The notes below the pieces were generated by a model that was not told the DNA's origin, did not search any database, and saw only the letters and a program-made list of their open reading frames with translations. The position numbers and the translations under genes are program-made. DNA of 64,000 bases from Intoshia linei (taxonomy: Eukaryota > Animalia > Orthonectida). The stretch spans positions 1 through 64,000 of the forward strand of contig LWCA01000053.1 in assembly GCA_001642005.1 (NCBI GenBank), read 5' to 3'. This document shows positions 38,813 to 57,700 of this stretch, one piece after another; the first letter of the stretch is position 1, and each line of letters opens with the position of its first letter.

Positions 38813-40364
38813 TTAAATTTCCCCATTAAAATTTTTTTTTCTGTTGATTGTCTGAAAATAAATTTTATTATTTTGTTTATATAGTATTAATGTACCCCCT
38901 TCACATCTTTAATATTTGTATATTCGTAAGTAGGTTTTATAAGATTATCTTGTTCCAAGTAACGTTGTCTAGATCTGGTTGCAAAGTTAATTATATTTTT
39001 TAATTCAAAGTGTAATAAATTTAGGTTATTTTTTGTATTTGATTCTAAATATAATACATAAATTAAGTAGTCTAAAAATTCATTACGTTTGGTAGAAAAA
39101 TTATGATTAACGTATTTAAAATATATTTCTAAAATCCGAAAAAATGACTGTGCTTAGTCTCTCATTATAATTTAATTTTTATAAATACCATTATGAGGTA
39201 AAATATGATTATATTTTTGTTGCAATGTGGCAAATTTTTTGTAAAATGTATCATTAGCCAATACATCCCCTAAAATTAAATAAATAAAAATTATTCATCT
39301 GTAGATCTGTATCATATGATATGATTTAAAATATTAACATGTTTCTTCATTACTTATTTACCTTGATCTTGGTTGAAATTTGGATTGGTTTGTGTGGAAA
39401 TATCAAATCTTAAATTTTTAGTATAATTATTGTTTCCTACCATCTCTATACGTTTTTGTTCAATTTCATGGCATAATGAATCTAACAAATCTTTTTTTTC
39501 ATTCAATTCGTCAAAAATGTTGCATTTTTCAGTTTTATTTCTATTATTATTTACGTTATTCGTTTCCATTACATTTTTTTTAAAGTCTAAATATGAAAAT
39601 GTTCATTAATTTTAAATTATAAAATTATAAAGGTCTACCTTGCTTATTCTGACTATGTTTACTGGTTAAGGAAAAACTTTCATGAAAATTTTCAGTGTCA
39701 AATTCACTAGAATAATATTCAGATTTAACAGTTTCAGGAATTGATTTGACGGATTCATTGATACGTATGTCATCCATTTCATCTTCAATTATGGTTTTAA
39801 TTGAATCATTAGAATATTCAGTACGCACAGATTGAGCTATACTTATATTTTCAAAAATTGCTGGAATGGTATGGTTTTTATTTCCAACTGATTCATCAGA
39901 TTCAAATTCTTCGTCATATGTGAATTCGTTTGTATCATTATTATCATTAAATTTATTTAAGTTTTCAATTACATGATCCCCTAATTCCACCATATCAAAA
40001 ACTTTTTGTTGCGAAACTTGCGATCTGGGTGTTTGAATAACACTTAAGCAGTCTTCAACCAAATTTATATTTTCCATCAAGTTCAAATTTAATTTTAAAG
40101 ATTCTGAAATCAGAGTTGTTTGAGTTTTCGATTGTACTAAATTTTCTATTGACGTATTTGATATATGCGAAATCGAATGTTGTGATGTTTCATCCGAATA
40201 TGCATTTTCAATATCTTTTAAATATTTCTAAAAATTATAATTTTTTTATGGTATAATAATGAATTTACATCTAATGTAGATTCTTTGCGTTTATTTGTTA
40301 TTGAAATCTCTTCATCGCTCTCACTGTCCAATATATTATTTTTCCTACACCTATTTCGAGACAT
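38813..40364 (-). CDS. C19orf44-like (DUF4614) protein
   Basis: Multi-exon gene including ORFs 39625-40086 and 39354-39569, with an acidic/Ser-rich middle (YDEEFESD, YYSSEFD). The C-terminal exons ELKNIINFATRSRQRYLEQDNLIKPTYEYTNIKDVKG|TINRKK resemble the C19orf44 C-terminus (LSLTQQFIQASRHLH...FHYHTLEEAKEYIR). The start may lie further upstream because the frame is open to an acceptor at ~40415. Confidence 0.6.
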
Positions 40365-40824
40365 TAAAATAATTTTTTCAAAATTATAAACAATTTCTTC
40401 ACTACCAATATTTCCTAGCAGTTTAAGTATTGTAACATGTAAATATCATACATGTTACAATTCTTTTCAAAATTTTCCATAAAACTTTGAGAAAATTTTT
40501 ATAGTTATTATCAGGAAAGATAATGATCTAATACCGTACAATGTTATGTAAAATCACTACAAATTAGAGATATTTTAAAATTAAATGAGCCTCGAATTTT
40601 GTATTCCTGTAAAAATCAATAAATATAATTAATTATTTATCGCATGCTAAAGATAATCAACATGGATAAATTTAAATTGATTTTACTGTAATTTATAAAG
40701 CATTTTTTGGTTATACTTAATGTAATTACAAAAATTGTCATAAATATAAAATACAAAAAATTAAAATGTAATTTAGCAATAAATTACAACTTATATTGAT
40801 CGAGCTTAATTTTTACTATCAAAA

Positions 40825-43179
40825 ATGAAATTTATAACAAGAACTGGTTCAAAAACTTTAAAAAGTGGAAAATTTTTATTAGGGAATACAAATCGACATT
40901 TATCTACAGAAACTTCGAATTTCAAGAACTTTAAAATTTATAGATATGTAATTGATTTTTTAACTTTTTTATAGAAAATGGTAAATTATTTTAAGTACAA
41001 ACCTGCAAGGCCGTTAGTATCCGGTTCTTACTCTCTTGTGCCCGCCAAAATTTTTTCAAATCCGCCGTACGTTCGTTAATCACGTTGGAAGCGAAAAAGC
41101 GTAGAAAACGTGATTTAAAATACTAAATCTTCATATTTTTAGTCAAGTTTGTAAAATTTAAAGTTTTAAATCTCACAACTAAAATTATTTTATTTACATA
41201 AATTCGTTAATATCAGTTTCACATTTTTTCGTTTTATTTTGATTTTTTTAGAAATAGTTTTGTTTTATTTTATTTATTTTGCTTGTTTTTTATTTTTAAA
41301 ATCACTTGAAATGGAATTTTCCCTAAAGGGTTGGTAAATTTATATTTTTAGTAAAAATGGTTGGATTTTTAAATGATTCATATATAAACTATTCGATTTT
41401 TTTGAAAATTTTGAATGATTTGGTTGTGAAACCGATATATTAAATTATATTTGTTGATATAAATGTTCAAAATTTCCTGAAAAAGGCTTTTCGTTTGAAT
41501 TACCCCTCCATAGTATCTTTTATCAAAAGTTTATTGAATAAAAATGGTTACATTTGATATATTCACCATAATTCAAAATATTGCATTTCGGTTCAGGTTT
41601 AATCAATTGATCAAAGCCGAATGTTACCTATGACCTTAATTTTAATATATTATAATATTTTTATTTAGAATTCAGAAAACTTTACTAAACCAAAAATGGA
41701 AGCATTTAAAGTCGATATTAACAAGTGATATACAAAATATGTATAATTAATTATTTTAAGATGTGGACCAATGATATTGGATGCATTAATTAGCATAAAA
41801 AATGAAATTGATCCAAGTTTGACTTTTCGTCGATCCTGTAGAGAAGGTATATGCGGTTCTTGTGCAATGAACATTGATGGACTCAACACGTTGGCTTGTA
41901 CAAAGTATGCAGTTAAATTACATGATATTCAAGTTAATCCATAGCAAGAGATATATATTATTTTTTTAAATTCACAAAAAAGTAATAACCGTTTGCTGAT
42001 AACTGGTTTAGGATTGTAAAAAAAATTTAAAAAATTTATATTAAACTTCATATTACTTAAGATGTTTTAGTTTTTCACATTATTTGATATTCGTTCTGAT
42101 TACGAGATTTATAATGTACATTTATTATAGAAAAATTAAAGATACGAAAAATTTGTGCAAAATTTACCCTTTACCTCACATGTATGTAATTAAAGATTTA
42201 GTACCAGTATGATTTTTATTTATGGTGCATTAATTTTTAATTAATTTGTCAATTTTAGGATATGACTAATTTTTATGCTCAGTATTCTTCAATCAAACCT
42301 TATCTGCAACGGCATACAAAAACGGAAGATAAAAAAGAAAATCTTCAATCTCCCCAAGAAAGAGAAAAATTGGTATTAATCATCTAACCACATAAATTTA
42401 ACAAGTGCTAATAAATAAATTTATCGAAACTGTGATCAACTACAGCGTACCCCACCGTTGTTCGGTATAATTCCTAAAGAATATTAATACATTTTTAAAA
42501 TAAAAAATAACTATTTTCCCAACGTTGAATATCACCGTGTAAGAGTTTAATTTTATTTAGCACCACATACTTTGCTTTTCGAAAACGCTGATTTAGTACA
42601 CTCGGTTTCCTGTAAATGTGTTGTTTTTTGATGAATCCTGGCAACCCCAATACATGTGGATTTATATAACAATTTTATGGTGTCCTGCCATAATTATGGA
42701 TGGCTCTTTTCATGGGCTGATTATTCTGGTTTTCCAAGTTTTTATCTGTTGTATTTGAGTCTAGAATCTAGATTACAGCAAACATTATATTCAATTTTAG
42801 GATGGGTTGTACGAATGTATTTTGTGTGCATGTTGTAGTACATCATGTCCAAGTTATTGGTGGAACCAAGATAAATTTTTAGGTCCAGCCGCACTTTTAC
42901 AAAGTTACAGGTGAAATTTGAATGATTTGTATTATTTATGTAGATGGATTGCTGATTCTCGAGACGAAGAACGTGAAAGTCGGTTGAAAATGTTTAACGA
43001 TGAATGGAAAATGTACCGCTGTCACTCAATTATGAACTGTTCGACAGCTTGTCCAAAGGTTTGTTATCATTATTTATTTAAATTATGTCATGTAGGGTCT
43101 TAATCCCGCATCGGCTATAATAGAATTGAAAAAGGTGGCTGCCGGTTTCAAACCGAAAAAAGTAACAACTAATATTTAA
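40825..43179 (+). CDS. SDHB: Succinate dehydrogenase iron-sulfur subunit, mitochondrial
   Basis: Nine exons, approximately 40825-40846, 40883-40947, 41669-41724, 41761-41905, 42131-42206, 42259-42372, 42801-42910, 42944-43058, 43096-43179. Motifs [86 protein letters not shown]. Confidence 0.97.
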
Positions 43180-43189
43180 TAAACGGTTA

Positions 43190-44072
<883 letters not shown>

Positions 44073-44116
44073 TTAATGTATCCAAGATATATTCTTCTAT
44101 ATTTTAAAACCAAGTG

Positions 44117-44637
44117 ATGTTTATTCTACAAAACGTGAATAAACTTTTAAAATTACGAAAATATTCCACATTTAAACTGTCTGATTATGGTTTACATTTA
44201 ATTTTCTGATTATATAGTATAGATAGATTACTAATTGAAAAAATTACAAACGTTTTGCACGATAACAGATTAAAAGATGTTTTTGTTGTTCAGATGAAGC
44301 ACACAAATATATGTTCCTTTAATGTTTCCGCGACAGCTTCCTCAAAACGACATCTCATAAAGTCTGTTCAGGTAATTAAAAGTGAGGTATTAAATTTAGT
44401 TTTTTTAGATTAATGTTTTTCTAGTTTAAAAAATTTTCTGAATACCATACGAATCCGTACGTTTCGCAAAGATTGACTAAAGAAATTTTAGAAAATCTTG
44501 ACTGGGTCAGTTTAAACATTCAATCCATTAATTTACACATTTTGCTTGAAAAAGTTCGAGAATATTACGATTTAGAAAGTTTTTGGATAATGGGGTCAAC
44601 GTTTGATGAAGAACTAGAATCAGTAGAAGGATATTAA
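44117..44637 (+). CDS. MALSU1: MALSU1/RsfS (iojap) mitochondrial ribosome assembly factor
   Basis: Exons 44117-44189, 44223-44371, 44425-44637. ITNVLHDNRLKDVFVVQM...ATASSKRHL...LDWVSLNIQSINLHILLEKVREYYDLESFW..STFDEEL matches MALSU1 ([50 protein letters not shown]). The N-terminus is basic and presequence-like. Confidence 0.85.
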
Positions 44638-44956
44638 TATAAACCACATGCAAAATTTAATTTAATACATTCTATTCTAAGATTTATCTTTGCTTAATTC
44701 TAATCGTACTTATCGACATGGTACGAGATTTAAAAAAAAATCAATATCAATTATAAATACGCTTCATTATATATATTGGTTTCATTTCACCGCCCACAGG
44801 GTTAATAGATTTGACGTAGCCCTTCGAAAAAAAACAAAAATTATTGTGTACGTATTTAAAAATGTAGGCATCTCACAACACCCACTTGATAATGCGTTGA
44901 GTTACAAAATTTTAAGAACGGTTATACATATTAATTTGTAATTTTAATTTACAACA

Positions 44957-46856
<1,900 letters not shown>

Positions 46857-48250
46857 TCTAAAATTTAGAATATAAACATAATTACAAATTTAAATTTGAC
46901 GCCTACTGTGAAACATTTCTTTATTCATTTTTCTAATACACATAACAACTTAATTCTTAAACTTAATTCTTATTAATTGTATTACATGAACAATAAAATA
47001 TAATTAAAACACGTATCCAGTGTAAATAATAATGGGTGGAGCTTAAGTTATATTTTAAATTCTACATAAATCACAATACATCTCATTACAAATTTTGTAT
47101 AATTTTAAATTTATTAAATTTTAGCTTTTAAAAATTTTAAATTTAATTGTATGCACACATGCATAAAATCAACTTATGAAAATGTATATTTTTATTGTGT
47201 GAAATATTACATTACCTTTTGAATAGATTTATTTTATATTAAATTTGTAGATGGAGTGTTATTATAAATGAGACTGATAATTTGCAATGAAAAACAATTG
47301 CTATTTAAAATTAAATCCGAGTATAACTAGGCGTGTACTGTATAATTCGACATATTGTCTACATTGAATTTTCACAGCTTTGGTGTAACTGTAATCATGG
47401 TTTTTGCATAATCAATATATTAGTGTACATATTTTGTATTGAATTTAATTATTTCGGTACAATTAACCACTCGAAGAATAAAAAACAATATAGGCTGTGC
47501 TTGAAACGCAATTAAAATATGCTCCATTTGTTAAATTCCGATACTTTATATAAATTGTATAAATAACTAAATATAAATTGTTTACGCCTATTATTTAAAA
47601 CGCCTTTGTTATTTTATGACATTTAGTAATTTCGTTCTATAGTGCATAAATTAAAGTGAATTACGCTTGTAGCCAATAATTATTTTACTTATTATAAAGA
47701 ATTCATATATTATGTTAGTTTGAATATTGATATATTTTATTCATAATATGAAAGTTGATACTTTAACAATTACATGTCTGCTGTATTTTAATCTCGATTT
47801 CACAAAATTTACTAATTAAACCAATTCATATAATTTATAAAGGCGTGTTTGATTATGAGTAACAATTTATGTAGATTTGCTGCATTTCATTTTTTCTATA
47901 TACTAGAACACATTGTTCTTATATTCAAAATTATACATAACACTGTGCAACCCAAATATAATTTTAATGTAATAGTATTAGATTTTAATAATGTTTAATA
48001 GCTAAACTGATTTAAAAAATCTACAATATCTGAGTCAAATAATATAAAAATAATGTATATAATAGTCTTAAACCTGAGTATATGGGCCTACCGTTATAAT
48101 AATAAAATACAATACACTACGTTTTCTCTAAGCTATATAAGTGTTATAAGACAATTAGCCAAATTTTTATCAAAAAATTCATTTTTACCAATTAAATTAA
48201 TTATTTTTTTTAATTAATAAATATTTTCTAAAAAGTATACATAGGATTTA

Positions 48251-48900
48251 TCCTTAGTTATATAATATGCTACGCAATATTTATTTGAGTGTGTATGTGT
48301 GTTACTGTTTATTTCAATATCTACTAATCTTAGATTAATTTTATAAAGTTAACATTTCAATTACAGTTTTGTCCGGGGTGTTAGCAAAATAAATTTCAAC
48401 TTCCCAAACTCAGATCTTACAGGTCAAAAAGCCCAATTGTCCTTTTTTTGAAAATTCAACTAGTTCGAGAGTTTTAAAAAATATATACTCTGATATGGAT
48501 TTTAAAATCATAAACAGTATCATAAATTTAAAATTAAAAAAATATATCTTCAGGGTCAAAACCCCAAATCACCCCTTTTTTTTATTATGAAAACAGCCCT
48601 AGAATTTAAAAAAATGTACTGCTGATACAATTGTATCCTGTTAACACACACAAAAAACTTAAATCTGAATAAGTGACGCCTTCACGGTCAAAAAAGCTTT
48701 TTAGTATTCACATATATATTTTTTTCGAAATAGTTTATTAAAAAAAAATGTGAAATAATTAACGGTCCGAAATTAAAAAAAAAAAAATTATTCTGATAGA
48801 GCTTATTCCAGTTGATATAAATAAAAAATTTCCACCCCAGAAATCTACGCATTCCCGGTAAATAATAATTTTTAATATATTATCAACCAATAGCAAGTTA
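48251..48900 (+). mobile_element. Helitron-like repeat family copy
   Basis: A|TCCTTAGTTATATAATATGCTACGC 5' end followed by the family body. The 3' CTAG end is not clear. Confidence 0.65.
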
Positions 48901-50606
48901 TAGAATAAAATGTTAATAGCCTATATTACAGTAATAATCATAATGCGATATAAAGAGGAAATGTTTGGACAGAATACTGTACTTAGTAAAAAAAATTGAA
49001 AACTTGAATAAAAAAAAGTATAGAAACTGATAAAAATACAAATATGTATCAAATTCTAATGCTAAGATCAGGATGAGAACCATTTCGTGTTAACGAGCAA
49101 ATTAAAGTATAAAAAATGACTTGGCAAATATAAAAAAATTATGTATGACAGGTATACTTTGTTTCCGTTAGAACCAGAATCAAAAATTGTATTATTTTAA
49201 AATTAATTAAGTTGCATACAATAGTAGCGGAGTTAGAATTTTCCGTCAGGGTAGGAGGTGGGCGTTTAATTATAATTATTAATGGGTCAAACTCATATAA
49301 TATATTTAAATTACAATTTTTATATGATGTTTTTTTCTGTTGATGTTTGATTGTTGTACTTTTATAAGACCTGTACTGATAATGCATCTGATTGTACTAA
49401 AAACTAGTTTTAAAATTTTACGCGTCATTAACGTTTTGACCTGGGTCGTGGATAGGGACTAGGGGCCATATGATCCCTGCCTACAATCATGAGGGTCCTA
49501 CTTTCTAAATTTATTATTAGGTAATATAAAATTTCTTAAGTATGCCAAAATTATTTAATTTTTATGTTGACCAATGCGATTTCCAATAATTATTTTTAAT
49601 TTTTAGATAATCAACGACCGATTAAGCAGTGTATAAAAATTCCATTTTTTAAAAATTTTTTATAGAGCCCACTGTTGGCTCTCCACGTCCCTGGTTTTAA
49701 CCACCCTGAATTAGATGTTTGAATATTGTAAAATTATTTATACAATATTTCAATCATTTAAATTTCTGTAATAAAAAATTACCTAAATCAGCGGATCCCA
49801 AATGCCGGTGCGCGGAAAATATTTACAATATAAATTAAATAAATTTATTTTTAATTTTTCTTGATAATTTCGTTTAAGGGTTTGCGAGAAATTTTATCGA
49901 AAATTACTGTTCCACAATGAAGAAAGTGTAGGAATACCTGATCTGCATGAACCTCTAAACTTCAAAATAGTCATTAAGATTGTCAATTTTCTAGATAAAT
50001 TGTTACTGATACTAATTTGCAGACACATTTTTTAGCAACTTTTAATAGTATACGTTCAAGAGTGCTTTCTAAGGTCATGTTCGAATTAAATTGTGATGCA
50101 AAGTATTTGTTAATATCGTTTCTGTACAATGTCTGACATTATACTCTTTTTAAACAAGGAGAAAATCATTTCCCTTGCAATTAATAATTCAGTAAAGTAT
50201 ATATTGATATTCACTTTTTCATGAAACGTTTTTAATGCATATCTTCACTCTTAGGGTATTAAATTATATATATATATATTATTGACACGTGAATGCGGTA
50301 CAAGTGTCCAATTAAAATTCTGAATTAACTTATTTTTTAATTAGTCAATAATTAGAAGCCTAATTAATGTAATAAACAATTGTTTATGATTGATGTTATA
50401 ATTATGTGATTATCAAAATTTTTTAAAATCAGGGCTCATTTTTTCATAGGTTAAAATCCCAGCCACGGAGGAGGCTAAGTTGTATGATGAAAATTTTTTA
50501 AGTCTATTTTTATTTTGGGTTCCAAATATGATAGATTCGGTTGTGGGTACATTAGCAAAAATACCTTCTATTACACTACTGGTTGGATAAAAATTGTATA
50601 AATGTT

Positions 50607-51812
<1,206 letters not shown>

Positions 51813-53998
51813 ATTTCGATAGTCAAGTAAATTGCAACGGGTAAAGTTTAATTATTTTAAGTCAAGTGATTCATCTCAAGAAATTAAAATCAATTATAAA
51901 CATAACCATGGCTAAATTATTTATCTCAAAACAAAATTGAAAAAACAAATCAACCGTAGCAAAATATATTCCAATGTTGAAAAATTGAAAATAAAAATCA
52001 ACATCAATAAATTATATTATAAAAATGCGTCATGTGAATTTAATATAAGCCTTATTATGAAATTTTGACTCATGAAATGTGTATCTTGATCTCACTTTAT
52101 AAAAAAGTAAAATGATTATACTTTAAAAAATGTTTTAATAAATAATTCAGAGTATAGAATGTAGTTTAAACCTGTTTAAAAGTACGCCTTTGTATAAGTG
52201 TTAGTCGAATGAAGTAAAAAATGATTTATGATGTAAATAAAATTCATATTTACTTACATAATTGTTAATAATCTTGTATAATATTGTTAATAATCTTCAT
52301 TAATATATGATGAAGTGGAAACATACAAACATACTATACACTAATGTACTGATAAGAAAGATTTAATTCGAAACTACAATCAATTTAAATTTATAAATAA
52401 TGAACACCGATAGGTATTGTAAAATAGGCGGGATTTTTTATATTTCTAAAATCTCTAATTTAGTACAGATTGGTAAAATACGAATAGATAAATATTAAAA
52501 TTCCAACTAATTTATGCACATGGTTTATCAAACGTATATATAAATAAAATAAAAAAAGTACCGTCAATTGGCAATGGACAGGGCTTACAGCAAAAAGAAG
52601 TATCTATTTTTGAATAGAAAATATCAATATTGTGTGAAACAAAGGCGTGTAAAATAAGCTATAGCGATAAATAATTTCGTCTGTCTGCATATCCTACTCT
52701 TCTCAGTGAGTTCTCACGTTAAAGTGAGACTAGTACAAATTTTACTGTTACATGTGACTATGACATCTTTAATAATCAATACTTTCAGTTCAGTCGCATA
52801 ATTATCGTATTACAACATCAATAGTGAGACTACTTTTGGTCTCTTTTTGTAACGCCTTACAATTAGTATGTCGACAAATTTCGATATTTTTACATTTTTT
52901 AGTTCAACTTGTATTAGTGCAAAGTAATGTACTGTAAAAATTAACAGGAAATTGTAATCATTAATTAGTTTCAATTTTTGTAAAATCTCAGTAAATTAAA
53001 AAATTAATATAAAACACATTTTAGTGAAATGTTTATGTATTCATACAATTTATATTAAACATTTTGGACAAGCTTTACTTGTTGGATTTCTTATTTTAGA
53101 ATATGAGCACATTATATCGTAACAATTTGAATGATAGACATGTAAACACCTAAAAGAAATTTATTGTTCATTTCTAAGAAATATTTTATAGTATAGGAAT
53201 ACTCGGATAGGACGGTTCATAGTTACCACCAGGATGTGAAGCTATGGACTAGGTATCCACATGCCCGGACTTACAATCATGAGAGTTTACTATTCTAATT
53301 TAATAATTAATAGGTACTGTTGAAAAATTTCCTATTTTTCGGAAATTTTAAGATGACCAATGCGATTTAGAACTGTAATTTTTAGTTTATATAAACCACC
53401 GGTGGGGAAGTATTTATTGTTCGAATGCCGCACTAACGTCTCAAAAAAATTTAATAAGGCCGCACCTTTCTAAATAAAATTTGTTCAAATACAACAGTGC
53501 TTCTCATGGGGGTGAATACGAAAGTTTTAGATGATTGGGGGTGAATGATAAATTTTTAGATAAATCTATGAGAAAAAACATAATTTTACCAACCCTTAAG
53601 GAAAAAACCGTTTTTACCAATATTTTTCTGAAAAATCCCATTTTACCAAAAATAAATATTTTAATTAATAAAATAAATTTAAATGAAAAATAATTCAAAT
53701 TTTTCAGACGAACGCACCAAATCGTCAATAAGGCTGCACTTTCCCCCTCTTATATACACGATTGATTAAACAATGTATCCTATTAACCTGTGTCCAAAAA
53801 CACCTTATTTAGAGTAAACAAAAAATAGCCCATGGGTAAATATAAGCAATTTTATGTATGCTACGAATATTCATATGAAAATACTGTCAAAATTTTTACT
53901 AAATTTAAAATTGAAGTTTATTAAATCCGTATTGAATTTGTCGTTATAATGTAAATTAAATTTTTCTCTATCAGATAAACTTTATCTATTAGATAAAG

Positions 53999-54621
53999 TA
54001 CTGGGCAAACTACGGCCCGCGAAATCATGCTTCATACTTATGTTTACAATCAAATTTTGAAATTAATTGTTTACATTGTAAATTTTACAACATGTCATAT
54101 TCTATTTAGATAATTAACCGTTTATTTTTGCGCATTAGATAAAATTTTCCTATCTTTATCTCTTTTAACATGTAAATAAAATATGAATATAATAATAATA
54201 ATTGTATATTTTCAATTAGATTAAACTAAATGCAATGATATAAAAATTAAATTTTTTGGTTGGTTTTATCAATAGTTGAACAACAAAATTATTTTTATTA
54301 TTTATCAATAATAGGCTAATTTTTGTTCAAATTTGATCAAATTTTCTTTTATTTTTTGCATAAATATAATTATAAATACATACAATTTTGAAACTTAATA
54401 ATAAACACTAATAATTAAAACACACTCCAAAAATAATAAGTGTTAATTATTTAAATGGAATTTTGACACTTTAATATTTAAAAAAAGCAATCAAATTTAG
54501 AAGCAAAATAGAATTTCATCAATTTAAATTGTTTCATGCGTATTCACGATATTTGTGCGGCCCGCGACATAATGATACGTGGTCAATGCGGCCAGCATAT
54601 CAATAAGTTTTCCCACCACTG
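53999..54621. mobile_element. hAT (Charlie-type) non-autonomous element
   Basis: Ends TGGGCAAACTACGGCCCGCG / GTTTTCCCACCACTG with subterminal GCGGCCCGCG. Flanked by AGATAAAG on both sides (53991-53998, 54622-54629). Confidence 0.7.
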
Positions 54622-54768
54622 AGATAAAGGTTTAAAGTAAAAAAATTCAGTTAAATTATCACAAAATTACTTTAAGTTGCATATTATTTACATATGTTAA
54701 AAAATATATAAAAAATGGGAATATAAATATATAAGTTTACATATAATAATTTTACAATATGTACTTCT

Positions 54769-57700
54769 TTAGTTTAATCTTATTTCAGGATTAATAAAAT
54801 ATCTAATCAAAACGTGTTCCAAATTTTCAAGTGATTTAGATTGATTTAATTTTTCATTGGCCATTCTAAACACCCTTTCCGTCAATTCATTTGTGCAATG
54901 ATTTAAATCAAAATTGGTCAAAATCTTTTTGATTAGAACATTTTTTGAAGAATTAAATATATGTATTTTTTTATATAAAGTGGAAAAAAATACTTTCTTA
55001 TTTTCTTAATATTTCAAGAAAATTTCTTAAGTATAATACCAATGCGATTTCCAACAATTATTTTCCATTTGTAGATAATAAACTGTTTATTAAGCAATGG
55101 ATAGTGACCCATTTTTAAAAAAAATGTTATAGGGGCTACTGCTGACTCTGCACCGCCCTGGTGCATACACTTGTAATTTAAACAAAATGAAACTTACACA
55201 AAATAAACAATTGGGTTATATTGATTAAGTTCGGTGTATTCATTACAATAATAACAAACTGTGGTAATATGGTTTACGGCAACATCCATATTATTAAATA
55301 ACTTATTAACAGTATTAAAATTATCTTGAATTAATATATTTCGGTGGGCTGTGGCATTTATCTAAACAGGATAAAAGAATCAAATATTAAAAATGTATAA
55401 TAACTAGAGTAGACAAAAACGAGTAAAATGATCGAAATACTCTTTTACACTAAAATGATTGACATCTGCTCTTTTTAATACAAATTTTGCATTTCTACTA
55501 AATGTAAATGTATCTGTAAAAATGTACTCGTTTTTCAATTTATAGTGCTCGATTTTTTCAAAATTTACTTGCTCTTTTGTGTTCACCATATAAGTAGACA
55601 TTTTGTATTATACAGTAAATATTTAATTTTTATATTTAAATTCTAAAACTTTCACATTTTGAGGTTTAATTTTATATTTAAACAGTTTTAAATTTTATTT
55701 TCTTGATAAATTTCTGAGTTTTTTTCTCTTTCTCAAGCTTATCCGACCATCTCATTACATTTTAAACATTAAGCAAAATATTCTATTTTAATTTCATTGG
55801 TGCTTAAAATGAAAAGTATGAAATATTCAATCAAGCAAGTATTCCAAGATTTAAATCAGTTGACCTTCGCTGAAATGTATGTAAGATAAAAAAAATATTT
55901 ACAAAAAAGAATGATTTCAAACGGTCTTAATATTATGAATCCTGTAGGAAATATGGAACCATCTTTATATTGTGATTTACAACTCTGCAACTCCACTTCT
56001 TGTTCAGTAGAATGATCATTCTCAATGTTAAAACGTATTTTAACGAAAAATCGGTCATTTAAAAGTTTTAACGTTGAAACATATTTTTTTTATACATAAA
56101 TAAATGAATGATAATTATAGGTATATAAATAAATGATCAACTAATTTGAACCAGAAAATTTTGATAATTGTTGTGGTTTAAATCTAATTTATTTGATATT
56201 ATTCAATTTTATTTTGGCAATATCCGTTATTCTTTTTCATTTGATTAATGATTTTTATCTAAATTTTTTGTTTTCAAACGCATTGTAAATATAAATCAAC
56301 GATAACATTTTATTATTGCTCTTTTTATTTTGTAGATACTCGAAATTAAATGCATGAGCTCGTTTTCAAATATGAATGTTTTTTAACAATTTTACATACA
56401 ATTAAAATATCAAAAACACGGTTTTAGCACGATTATGTCATAAAGCTAATGCACTCAGCTATATATATTATCATTAAAATGAGCATGATACATTTTATTA
56501 TTTTTCTACTCGTTTTATCATTTCAAAAGTTCTCTTTTTAGTCTACTCTAATAACATTAAATACAATATATACTTGGTCATGTTTAAAATTTCCGACAAT
56601 AGCATTAAGAATATCTCTAATGTCGCCTAATTTTCCTCTAAAAGCTTTACTCTAAAATATTTATAATACAAATGTAGTATTATATAACTCAGATTAATTA
56701 AAAATAACATACACTACTGAATCAAATAGTAAGATACACTTGGCAAATACAACCTTTTTCATAATGTAAACCCTTCATTATTTTTATTTCTCATGGAAAA
56801 TTACAAAAAAAATCGAAATGTTTCTAAATAAAGATACATACCAAAAATTTTTTCGAAGCGCATGAAGATTTTGGGAGTTGAAAAACACTGCAATATTCAG
56901 TACAAAATAAACGAAACTTAACATTTACATTGTATTTTGGAAGTAAATACTTGAAAGACATTTTTATAATTTTAGTAAATGTTAATGATTTGCTAAATAA
57001 AAAATTTACTTGGAATACATACTCCAAACTATCATAATAATATGTTGTATTGCTAAGTTGTTTTAAAAGATAACACATGGACATGCGGTAAACTAAATAA
57101 TTAATGAAAATGTGCATAATTTAAAATATAAATGTAAAACTGGTTCGAAATAATACTTGGTATTTTAGAAACATCTTCAAACTGTCGATCTTCAAGAAAC
57201 AAGTTTAATAAATTAAACCACAGATCCTAAAAAAATAGTAACAATAAAGAAAATGTGAAAATTACTTTACAATTGAAATCGTTAACCGAAGATTCCCAAA
57301 AAATAAGTTTTTCAGAAGTCAATTGCAATATTTCTAAATAAATATTTAACTAAAAAAAAGAAAAATTAAATATTCAAACTTGTCAATGCATTATTTTCAT
57401 TTATAACACCATCCGATTCTACATTGATTTGGTAAGATTTAATAGTTTCACTGATTTGCTATAAAACCATTAAAATATCATAAGGCAAAAAATAAACACC
57501 TGTAACAATAGTCGATAGGCTTCACTGTACCCACCAATTCGTTCCAACAAATATAATGACCCCATCAGATTCTTTTTACGGTAACAAATCTTAAAAATTA
57601 AGTAAGATTAATAAATTTTTACTTTAATGCATTCATGGGTATTATATTCTGTAAAATCTCGAAAAAAGTGTTCCACTGATGACGGATCCCAATCACATTT

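Noticed and set aside
41665-41889. 74-aa minus-strand ORF
   Set aside because: Antisense to highly conserved SDHB exons.
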